Positions 1-10,485 of a stretch of 49,907 nucleotides of DNA are shown in pieces. The position numbers and the translations under genes were made by a program. Source of the DNA: Intoshia linei (taxonomy: Eukaryota > Animalia > Orthonectida); contig LWCA01000125.1 of the NCBI GenBank assembly GCA_001642005.1, forward strand, positions 1-49,907, read 5' to 3'. Each line of letters starts with the position of its first letter. Position 1 is the stretch's first letter. The notes below the pieces were generated by a model. The model was not told the DNA's origin. It searched no databases and saw only the letters and a program-made list of their open reading frames with translations.

Positions 1-11
1 TATTATATTAG

Positions 12-204
12 GGATGAAATGCCTCATATGATCGCATATAGAAGAATAAATGGTGTATCAATTTGTGAATATCGCATGCGAATTCTTGAAAGAATTACTA
101 ATGAAGCAATACATGTCTTTACCTTACTAAAATTACTTCACTTCTACAATCATGTGGAGCGATACTATGGTGCTGTAAACCGCGGTGAAGATTTTCATGA
201 ATAA
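12..204 (+). CDS. Probable terminal exon of an unidentified gene entering from the left
   Basis: Acceptor-like tattatattAG at 1-11, then open frame DEMPHMIAYRRING...GEDFHE* with stop at 202-204; GC higher than flanks. No family recognised. Confidence 0.4.
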
Positions 205-249
205 TTTTATAACATAATATACTTATTTTGTATAATACACAATAAACGT

Positions 250-580
250 GTTAAGAGTATACAACTGTATCGCCTGTAAATTTTTTGAAATTGTAGGGAT
301 GTTTTCATTAAAAAAAGAAGGGTAATTTGGGGTTTTGGCCCTGAAGATATAATTTTTTTAAATTCTCCAACTCGTTTGATTTTCAAAAAAAGGGACAACT
401 GGGGTTTTTAACCCGTAAGATTAGAAATTAGGAGATTGAAATTTATCTTATTATACGTCACAGAAAAAACTAATTGAAATGTGGTCTTTAAAAAAATGTA
501 AGACTGGTAGTTATTTCAATAAAGCGTAACACACAGACACACACAAACAAAAATCGCGTAGCATATTATATAAGTTAGGA
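250..580 (-). mobile_element. 5' fragment of non-autonomous Helitron family A
   Basis: Reverse complement begins TCCTAACTTATATAATATGC followed by a GT-rich microsatellite; colinear with 9149-9497, 15832-16145 and 22040-22432. Confidence 0.7.
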
Positions 581-831
581 CTAATGTAATGTCAAAAATA
601 ATTTTTTTTATTTTTATTATATCAGTGCACTGCGGGGAAAAAAATATTTGTTTTATTTTTCGTTAGTGTTTATTGCATTATTTATATTTGATATTTATTA
701 AAGTTTTTAATCTTTGCACATATTCTAACATCAATGTTTTTTTCTTATCAAAAGTTAAGTTATGCCCCAAATTTTAACGTATTTCACAGGTACGTCCTGA
801 AATAAAAAAAGTTCAGAAACACTATTATATT

Positions 832-2829
832 TTATTCCAGCAGTATGTTTTTATATATCTAAAAGATAATAATTTTTGTCCATAACCGTATAAATAAATA
901 AAAAATAAACATGGGTATGCTTTTCCCATTGACCAATAGATTCAAACAGTTCTTTATCAACATTGTCGAGTGGAATTATAGATTCATTGATTAAAATATT
1001 TGCTAGAGAGTATTCTGCTAAACAATACAATTTAAAAAAATATACAAGTACATATAGTCCAGTGTTTCTTAATCTGTTTTACTTCAGGGCGCACCTGTGA
1101 AAAAAAATAAAAATTTTGGCAAATTTTAATAATAAAAAACACATCGATATTTGAAAATGTGCAAAGATGAAAAACAATAAAAATATAAAATGATAATAAT
1201 AATACAAAAACATTTTTATTTGGTGAATTTATTTAAGAACATTTAAGGCATAATGAAATTTTTGGTATTCAACATATTATTTAATATAAATTCTAATAAT
1301 TTAATACGTTAAATAATAAATCCCAAAAGTTTCATCAAAGAATTGTCAAAGTAAAAGTTTGACATTAATTTTTCAAAATTTATAAAATTTTCAATTAAAA
1401 TTTCTTTGCGGCGCACAAGTTAAGAATCACTATAGTATAATCTTAACGAAATCCAACAAACCAATAGATTATAAAAATCGTAAATAAAAAATACATTTGG
1501 GTAAAATTTCGCCTTGTTTAACATACATGGTTTGTGAATTGCATGTTACATTTGGTTTGACAGCATATATTAAACAATTATCAATATCATCATTGAATAT
1601 ATCGTCTATAACTCCTGGATACCACAAATCTTCTTTTCCTTTAAAAAAAATTTCTTCATCTTTCAATAAGTTACTAAAATAAACCATTTATGCGGTTCAA
1701 TAATGAACATGGAAAATAGATAAAAGGACCGACAATGTCCTAGATTAACAAAAAGTGTTTCCCAATCATTATAATGAATGAATCATTAATTATCGAGCAT
1801 TTTTTCCCTTTTTCTAAAATTGTTTGATAACACTATATTATCTAAAATTTAAACGATAAATCATTTCTTTGAACCCAAAATCAAAGTCTTAGGACCTGAG
1901 ACTCAAATTAGAACACACTGGTTTAAGTTAAACTTTAAGATATATAATCTATAAAAAAACTTCAAACACTAACCTACTGTTGGGTACATGTTTGAAACGA
2001 CTAATGTATAAATATAAAAAAATTTACTCAAAATTAGGAGATTCAAATGGGAATAAATCATCTTGATTAACGATTATATTGTGTGCATTTCTAAAAACAC
2101 TGAAAATTTTATAATAAAAATTTACTTGCAACATTTATCCACAAGATTGCATTTATTTTGAAGAAAGTAAGGGCATATTTTCATTTTATTACAAGTAGGG
2201 TATAAAAAATGAATTTGACACTACAATGATAATCAATGTCTATAATTTATTAATTACCAAATTATTTTTAAAAAACTTTTCAATAAACGCATGAGAATAA
2301 TGAGTAACATTCAAATTGTCGGTATATAAAACCATACAAGAAGACTTTTCAAATTTTGTAAACTTTTCTTCATTTTCAGAATCAGTATCCTTCAAAATGA
2401 AAAAATTGAAATTAAAAATTTTTAAATTAAGTGACAAAGAATCAACTATACATATAAAGCGTTTGATGGAGTATCTGAATTGGTGGAAATTAAGTTTTCG
2501 TCGTTAGATTCTTCTGAATTGGTATCGGTTAATTCATCGTCATCTATAGATTCTACATGTAGTGAATATGATCAACGATGAGTTAAATTAATAAATTCAA
2601 TTCAATTTCATACCAACGTCTTCAATACATTCAACATCTTGTATATTTTTCTCAAGATTAGATTGTATAGTTTCTAATAATTGTAACTCCTCAACGTCAG
2701 TCGTTTCATTAATAAGTTTTAATAGTTCTTTAATCTGAATTAATTGAAAATGAAACAATGGTAAATGAATATTTATAAAAAAAGCAAAAAATTATTTACT
2801 TGAGACAAGTTTTTCACATTTTTTTCCAT
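832..2829 (-). CDS. ZGPAT: ZGPAT-like protein (CCCH zinc finger + Tudor-like domain + truncated G-patch), about 10 exons
   Basis: ATG at 2829; exons approx 2800-2829, 2614-2734, 2452-2553, 2258-2389, 2127-2220, 2028-2090, 1974-2000, 1495-1674, 911-1017. Spliced peptide FLYPTCNKMKICPYFLQNKCNLVDKCCKNAHNIIVNQDDLFPFESPNF matches the ZGPAT CCCH region (LYPTxxxxKPCPFFLxGKC...H); DLWYPGVIDDI is Tudor-like; IGQWEKHTH is the G-patch entry motif. 3' end uncertain. Confidence 0.75.
1060..1432. mobile_element. hAT-type MITE in ZGPAT intron (same family as 33901-34307)
   Basis: Ends CAGTGTTTCTTAA...TTAAGAATCACTA; internal cagggcgcacctgtg and gcggcgcac shared with the 33901-34307 copy in opposite orientation; TSD not clean. 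A degenerate piece of the family lies at about 623-823. Confidence 0.6.
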
Positions 2830-2895
2830 TTATTTGTTTCCAATGTAACAATTTTCGATTAAATTAAAATTTATTTTCATAAATAATATAACCAT

Positions 2896-3685
2896 ATGGA
2901 TAAAAACAAAGTACAAGGTGTAATTTTTAAAAAGTGCAAAAAACCAAAAAAACTTAATTTAAGATGTAAAAAGAACGACATTCAATATGACAATTCTATA
3001 TCGTAGTTTACAGTATTATAATTTATTTACATTTTAATATCAGAAACAAAGTTGAAATATCCAAAAATATACAAAAAAATAGAAATAAACCTAAAGGCCT
3101 ATGTTTTAATGTAATTTTGAAAATTATGAATTAAATTTTAAATTTTCAAATTTAGCTGAACGAAGATAATGTTGTAACCGAAATTGTACCCAAAAAAGAG
3201 TTTTTTTAAAGTAAATTTTTTTAATACTCTTTTAGAAATGATAATATAGCTAAACAATTTTCGATTGAAACAAATTTTGTTCAAGAAGACAAAAATATGT
3301 AACAACTTATTTTTTTCATTAAAAATATTATTTAGGTTAAATTTTATATTAGATCGTCTATCCACGAATCAATCACAAAAAGACGAGTAGTTTTTTAATT
3401 ACTACGTTGTATTTCATTTTTTATCAATTTTTAGCTCCGAAAACGTAAAGTTGATTGATTCTTTTTATGCCTTACCGGAAAACATTGCAAATATTACTAG
3501 TGGAATAAATACAAACACTGTGGAATCGAATCAAGTTTTAACTGGGATTCCAGAAGTTGACTTGGGAATAGAGTTACATTTTATTTTAATTAAAAAAATT
3601 CAAATTTAGATACAAGTATGAAAAAATCGCAAAAATGCAAAAAGAATTACACAATTTTACCAAAAACAAAGAAAATCTACCCTAA
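2896..3685 (+). CDS. C9orf78: C9orf78/Tls1 (HCA59)-like splicing factor, multi-exon
   Basis: Exon peptides QFSIETNFVQEDKNM and FYALPENIAN...SNQVLTGIPEVDLGIE match the family motifs FSxETNxxDEDxxM and LYxLPENI...SNQMLSGIPEVDLGI. ATG 2896, stop 3683-3685. One internal junction (about 3385-3450) is ambiguous. Confidence 0.8.
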
Positions 3686-3751
3686 AAATTTACCAATACC
3701 ATTGTAACTAAAATTTAATTAACAATTATATAAATAAATAATGAGTATCAA

Positions 3752-6700
3752 TTAAATATCCATTAAATCTTGTGACAGGTTTATAGTTTTAGTATTTCCG
3801 TTAACTGATAAAGATAAATCTACATCAAATTCATTATCACTGAGGGAATTGGATATTAAATTGCTTTTTGTAAGTGAAGATATTGGTTCGAATGACATTG
3901 GTGGAATTACAGGTGGTATCAATGGTTTTATGTTAGATTTTAACGGATCAATATATGCAACTTTATCTAAAATTTTTATATAAATAAAATAGTTTCAATG
4001 TATCAATCCCACGCGTCCCATAATAAAAAAATATAGTTCAGGATCCCAAGCAAAATATTTGTAAAGTAATACATTCATTAGTTCATTGTTTTTTAAATTG
4101 TTAAATACGATTAACATAAAATTTGAAAATTCTTAAACACTCAAAATGTTTTATTAAGATGTTTTTATTTCTAACTGTTAAACTCAGAAATAGAAGTCTC
4201 CGAAAATGAAAAATAGGTACCTAAAAAAATATAACAAACGATGTGTAGTGTCATAATCCCTAGTCATTCCTTTAAGTCTCTTGATTTTAAATTTAATACA
4301 CAAAATAGTTGATATTCAATAAATTTTTTTAATACTCAATTAAGAAAAATGTACAAATTTATTTTTTTTCACTAATATTTTGAATATTTCCCAAATTTCT
4401 CGTTTTGAGATTGATGGGTTTATAGAATTAATTTTATTGAGATCCTCAAAATTTCTTAAATTATCCCTTTTTATTCTGATCTAACCGACTACAACTATAA
4501 ATCTTTTTAAATATTGTATCCATGAATTTAAAAATATTTGACATTTTAGAAAATTGAAACTTAAATAAAATTTTTAAAAAATGGCCATACTGATTGGGAA
4601 AAGCATACAGAGAATTGTGTCAAAGTATTACCATCTTCACTCATTTTTTTGATTTGACTAATGGAAATATCTACGGCTGCGTCAATTGGTAAAGAGTCAT
4701 CGTAGTTTCTGTCTTCTATGCGATCGTCCAATCTAATTTGAAATTATACAATAATTTAAACAGGTGTAAAATAAAAATGTACTTGTATTGTCTATAAAGG
4801 GTACACTCTCCACCTGTTTCCATGTTAATATCGTAAATGTATAAAAATCCTTCCAAAGAAGAAACGTAGAGTTTTGTGATATTCGGCGCTCTTAAATATA
4901 ATTTATTAAGGATAATATTAATTGTACAACCATTTTCTAATAGTATGATAATTCGTCTGATACTATGCCTAAATGAGCAGTGCTCTTAAGTAGGTTTTTT
5001 GATTTTATAGTGGAGTGCCAGATAATAATTACCACTGATATACTATTAATACGTAAAATATCAAAAAATAATTAAATCTGGTTAATAAAATTTTCAACTA
5101 AAGTTAAGCAACCTATAGAATAGTGATAAATTTTTATAAAATGTTGCAATATCATTAATTAATTGTACTGTATTGGTTCCAGATTTAAATAGTATTCGGA
5201 CTACAATTTCAAAATATTTATATTTTTTTGATTTATTACATTTACATTAAACTTGTGATTACATTTATTAAAAAATTAAAGGGGTTTTTCTCATAAAGTT
5301 TGGTAGAATCGTATTTTTCAAAATAATATTGGAAAATGGGCATTTTTTCATTAATGGTTGATAAAATTGTAATTTTTATTTTGAGTTTGGAATCCAAACC
5401 TGTTAATTGATAAAGATTAAGTAGATTTTCCCCTCAAGGTAAATTGAATTTTTCAAAAAAATATTGGTAAAAGAAGATTATTTCCTTAAGGGTTGGTAAA
5501 ATTGGATTTTTTATTTTGGGTTTGGATTAAGTGGGTTTTTCCATCAATGTAAATTGGAATTTTCAAAAAAATATTGGAAAAAGAGGATTTTCCCCTAAGG
5601 GTTGGTAAAATTGGATTTTTAAGTTTGTGGTTAGATTAAGTGGATTTTTCAAAAAAATATTTTTATCCTTTATTGTTATCTTATTTTTATTTTCCTTGAA
5701 GGTTTGAATGGTATTTTTTATTAACTATTATTTTTAGTAAATATTATTAAATTTTTATTCATGGTGGGATAAAAGTGGGATTTTAAAAATAATAATGTAG
5801 CTGTCGTCTAGGCATTGGGATAAAATCCAGATATCTGACAACTCTAATAAATAATAAAAATAAACAACAGTTGATACTTTTTTTTATATTTTATTTGAAT
5901 CTTACTGTCCGCAGGTTTCCAGAGACCCACTGGGAAAACATTGATATAAGCTAATTTAAAAATAAAATATATAAATTGAGTAACTCATTATATAAAATTG
6001 TGGGTAGGACAGTATTCTAAAAATTAAAATTTTGTAAAATTACGTTTCAATAATTGCTACTTTCGTAGACAAGTTTGGAGATAAAAGGTACGCAACAGCA
6101 AAAGCTCTAGTTTGAGTAAGTATTTCACTAACATTTCCAGGTAGCATTGCAGCAGAACTTTTTAGTGCACTTCCGAAATACTCACTCCACGATTTTGATT
6201 CAATATCAGTATTCCTATTCAATTTTTTAGTTGAATCTATATGGTTCATTTTTTTTTCTTCGGTCTCTCTCTTGAAAATATGAACAGTCTCTGTATTACT
6301 AGACGAACAAATCAAATCACCATCCAAACAAAACCGCAAATCCTGGATATTAACACATCTAAATCAAATGAAATGAAGTTAATCAAAATAAACCTTTTCA
6401 CACCTCTCCGAAATTCATAAAGTTTTTTACCAGAACTGACGTCAAAAAGACGTATAATGGTGCCTTTAATAGAAGCAGTAGCAAAAAGAGTATTTGCATT
6501 ATTAAAACAAATGGCAGTAACTGCGGTTTCATGAGCAGCAATAGCAATAGATGCCCTCTAAAAATAAAATAAAGAAAAAATATTAAAACCAAATTAGTAG
6601 TATCAAAAAGTTGAATAGTTCCAGAATCAATGGAACTAGGATAAGCAAGTAAAGATTGATTCATATCATTTGACAAGGCAAATACGCCATTTGGATTGGG

Positions 6701-7179
6701 AGACGTTTCTTTGATTGTATGCAAAATCATCATGTCACGTATATTGTGAATATGTAAACTGGATTCAAGGCAAACGACAAGTCTAAGTCTATTCATTCTA
6801 ATAGCCACAATGGCTGAAGGGTAGCTGTAATTACAAATTTCAGATTCTTTTTTAAAATGACAAATTTTCAAACGTCTAGGTAATTTTTCAGTCACAATGG
6901 CCAACAAAGAACTAGAAAATAGGCGTTCAACGATAATCAAAGCTTCGCCTCTGTAATTATAAACAACTTCCAATTTATCTGGTGATTTGAGTGAAATAAT
7001 TTTAAATCCGTCATTTGAACCAATTGTTAAAGTTCTACATTTTAATTAAACTTTATAAATTTTAAAACTAACGTGTAATCCTGGTTAAATGATACGAAGC
7101 GTAATCTTTCAATTTTATCTGCAGTGTCAATCATTGCTGAAGTTTCGACTTCATTCATCTCAGAATTTTCCAAATTCAT
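3752..7179 (-). CDS. WIPI2: WIPI1/2 (Atg18) PROPPIN, PI3P-binding beta-propeller
   Basis: Exons approx 7073-7179, 6590-7035, 6394-6557, 6044-6358, 4784-4889, 4632-4732, 3752-3966. Motifs VSFNQDYT, IVERLFSSSLLAIV, LKICHFKKESEICNYSY, GTIIRLF..YEFRRGVKRCVNI, SSNTETVHIFK, FLYIYDINMETGGECTL, then a Pro-rich tail (IPPM). Confidence 0.92.
5330..5943. repeat. Interspersed element with internal degenerate ~115-bp tandem units, in WIPI intron
   Basis: About three copies of aaaatattgg...ggttggtaaaattggatttt...gattaagtggattttt. 5700-5905 is similar to 16790-17004, and the units resemble the reverse complement of 12290-12390 and 41650-41740. Confidence 0.55.
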
Positions 7180-7769
7180 GTTAAATTAATTAAATACATT
7201 AGAAATATTTTGAATCTAAGATACAATTTTACAAGACTTTGTCGTTATAAATACAAAATGCACATTTGTTTATTAAGAAAGTGATTTACACGATGTATTT
7301 GATTTGGAATTTTACTGTTGCAATTCATTGCAATGTGTTGAAAAGTTTTATTTTTTTCTTGTTTTCTTTCTAATTTTAAAGTTACCTACAGTGTTATCAG
7401 GTGAATTTATTGTAAATTTATATCAAATAATACTTTATTTTGAATAATTTGACCTTAATTTATAAATTCTACTAATTTGGAGACATTGCTGTATAAATTA
7501 TAATGCTTTGTGAATGATACAATTATTTGCATACTGTATTATTTCACTAATTGTATGAGAATACATACAATTAAAATATTGGGACAATGATTAAAAGTAT
7601 TTACATTAATTTTTCAATAATATAGAAATTTATCTGGGCCACTGGTTGTTACCTGAACAATTTTTGGTATTTAGCTGAAAGTACGACAGCATCAAAGTAG
7701 TATTTAATTTATCAACTAATATTCCAAATGTTTGGATTAAATTTTAATTTAAAATGTAAATATTCATCC

Positions 7770-7860
7770 TACAATTACAAAAAAAATAGTAGAATTATAA
7801 TGTCCGCCCTCGGCAGAGCTATGATGCTGTTTGTACCAAGTAAATTACAGTCAAGCTAAT
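7770..7860 (+). mobile_element. Isolated Helitron 3' end
   Basis: gccctcggcagagct...gctgtttgtac...acagtcaagcta matches the 3' termini at 9515-9554, 20847-20900 (rc), 36353-36407 and 44254-44308; terminal CTAG is CTAA here. Confidence 0.6.
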
Positions 7861-8025
7861 ATATTACATTACATGAAATTAGAAATTTCCTACAGTTAAA
7901 TGTAAATATTATAATGAATGTCTAATTGTTCGTTTGTTGAGGTTATTTCTAAATATTCATACATAATAATAAAGTACATATTAACGCAATAACCAATGTT
8001 TATTTGCAAAAAATTGAAAATAAAA

Positions 8026-10469
8026 ATGTTAATATTTTTATATCTTTTCGCATTGCTTCAAATATTACAAGCCGATAGAATAGTAATTTTTAGTAAACAA
8101 TGTAAACAAATTTAGATACATTATACTGCCAACTATGGAAAAACATTCTCAAAGAATGACACTGTCCACTTGCATTACTTAAATGGCACAAATGCTATTG
8201 ATACATTGCATGTTTTTATGGCTGCAATCCAATACCCAGCAATCATGTATGTGCACTCACAATTAAATGAAACCGCCCAAGTAGATTGGCATTTATTTGA
8301 CCCAGATACTAAACCTCCAATAGTGTCATTTTTAGGTCCTAAATATGTGTCTGGGTTTACACTTTCCAAAGTAAATTAATACATTGTTTTCCGATTCTTA
8401 ATTTAATTAGATACATGAATTTGTGTACGAAAAAAAAATACGAAAGATTATAAATACAGATGATGTTAGTTGTGCTAAATGGGAATGTTATAGCAAGGGT
8501 AACACGCACATTCTTAAAGGTGTGATACCTACTGAAAAAAAAAACAAGGAAATTTACATTGAAGTATAATTATATATTTTATGTATCAAATATTTTAAAT
8601 TTTATAGTTGGACATGATTGGAAAAAATGGCAGAGCTTCATATTATCCTAAAATGGAAATTAACCCCGATTCCGTTTCCGTAAAAATTGAATTAGTCAAT
8701 TTTGCTACACTTTCTAATAGCCATTTGTCTATTGAATATCGGTTTTATTCTGAAAGTGTGCGCAATTCCATATTAACCAAAACAACTAGAAAATATATTG
8801 ACGACATGAATAGTCCTTATAATTTTAAAGTAATTTCAATTATAATTCAAATTTACCATTAAATTAAAATTAAAAAAATATTAGTATGTTTTTTTAAAAA
8901 TGGCGAATGTAAATGAAAGTACCTACTTTGCGTGGAAATCAATTGCCTATTCAACTGATTCACTAGAAACTGACAAATCAATGTATGTTCAAGAAGACAA
9001 ATTACCGTTAGATAAAATCAGATACAATGACCTTTTTACAACTTTTTCAAACTATCATCCCTACAAAGATTGGAATAGAATATTTTACTTTGGAAAAAGT
9101 GACGAAATTCCAGTCAATAATACAAATCACATTTTCTGGTAAAGTTTATCCTTAAATATATAATATGCTACGCGATTTTTGTTTGTGTATGTGTTCAGCT
9201 TTATTTAAATAACTATCCGTTTTAGAATTTTATAAAGTCCACATTTCAATTACACTTTTTTCCGGGGATGTTCGCAAACATAATTTAAACCTCTCAAACT
9301 CACATCTTACGGGTCAAAAACCCCAATTGTCCCTCTTTTTGAAAGTCAAACGAGTTGGAGATTTTAAAAAATATATACGTTGATACGGATTTTAAAATCA
9401 TAAACATTATCATAAATTTAAATTTAAAAAAATTATATCTTCAGGGCCAAAACCACAAATTACCCTTCTTTTTTTAATGAAAACAGCCCTAGAATTTCTG
9501 TGTGTTTGTTGTTCTGTGAGAATGTTTGTATGTAGTACATAACAGTCAACCTAGTATCATTATAATTAGGGAAAGTAAAATTTTATTTTCATGTGTTCAT
9601 AAATTGAGGGTTAATTTACTAAACATTACCATAAAATTGTATGAATTGCTGTCACTATTACCCCGGTTTTAAGTACAATTTATAAAAAAATCGCCTATTA
9701 TAGATGTATAAGTAAGTGATAATTGGGACCCGTATAAATTAATTTTGTCATGTTAATTGGTAAATTGGTTATTTCTGTATTAAAAAAAATTTACACACTT
9801 AAATCATTAAGCTTTAACTCTTACGAGAATATGCTGATTTTAAAAAATTGAAAGCAAAAAATTTCACTTTTGAAATGTTAAAAAACACTAAAATTTAATG
9901 CTTAAAAATTCACATATTTCAAATGTTATTGATTTGTAAAGTGAACCACTTAAATTTGGCTTTAATATTTAGCTTAGAATTAGCAATAAATAATTATTAA
10001 TTTATGACACGTAATTACAATGACGTCGTGTGATTGTATTTTATTAGAATATAATTTATTTTATTGTTGGCACAAAGTAAATGTTGATAATAAAATTAAT
10101 TTTTACGCATATTACAGGTTATTGTATGAGCAGTAATTTGTTCATAATTTATATTGGTACCGCCTTATTTTGGTTTGTATACAAACCAATGTAAATTTAT
10201 GAGTGTATTTTTGGCATCTATACATGCAATTGTCTCGTAAGGGTTAATCCTCTCTAACAAAAATATACCAAAAACCTTGCCTTATTTATAACTACTTTAT
10301 TCACTATATTAGGTCTTTTACAATTTCAAAGTCGGATATTTTACTAACCTCAATATCAATATGGTTAATAGTTCTCGTATCAATTATTATAGCCATTCCT
10401 CTCTTGGCTATAATTTTCACTGGAGCTATTAGAAAGGCCAAGAAAACACAAGAATATGAAACCATATAA
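8026..10469 (+). CDS. GLMP: Glycosylated lysosomal membrane protein (GLMP/NCU-G1)-like type I membrane protein
   Basis: Signal peptide MLIFLYLFALLQILQA; HLHYLNGTNAIDTLHVF...VDWHL resembles the GLMP N-terminus; several N-x-S/T sequons. Exons approx 8026-8082, 8116-8370, 8411-8563, 8608-8829, 8885-9138, 10313-10469. The last exon encodes a TM helix (IWLIVLVSIIIAIPLLAIIFTGAI) and C-terminal YETI*, a YxxPhi lysosomal sorting signal. Confidence 0.8.
9149..9554 (+). mobile_element. Short non-autonomous Helitron with both termini, in last GLMP intron
   Basis: Host A at 9148, 5' TC(CTTAAATATATAATATGC), 3' CTAG at 9551-9554, host T at 9555; no TSD or TIR. Confidence 0.8.
9818..10243. mobile_element. 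piggyBac-type MITE
   Basis: TTAA at 9814-9817 and 10244-10247; termini CTCTTACGAGA...TCTCGTAAGGG (10/11 inverted match). Confidence 0.7.
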
Positions 10470-10485
10470 TATAATTTTTTACTAA

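Noticed and set aside
207-398. Short ORFs at 207-398, 12689-12913, 21205-21396, 34022-34210, 36032-36420, 41816-42049
   Set aside because: They fall in Helitron or MITE sequence and have no protein motifs or consistent splice context.
5330-5660. Regularly spaced repeats superficially like a CRISPR array (also 38930-39195)
   Set aside because: Degenerate tandem units without unique spacers, in a eukaryotic intron, with no cas genes.
10118-10195. Hydrophobic exon candidate as GLMP TM segment
   Set aside because: Wrong phase and inside the piggyBac-type MITE; 10313-10469 fits instead.
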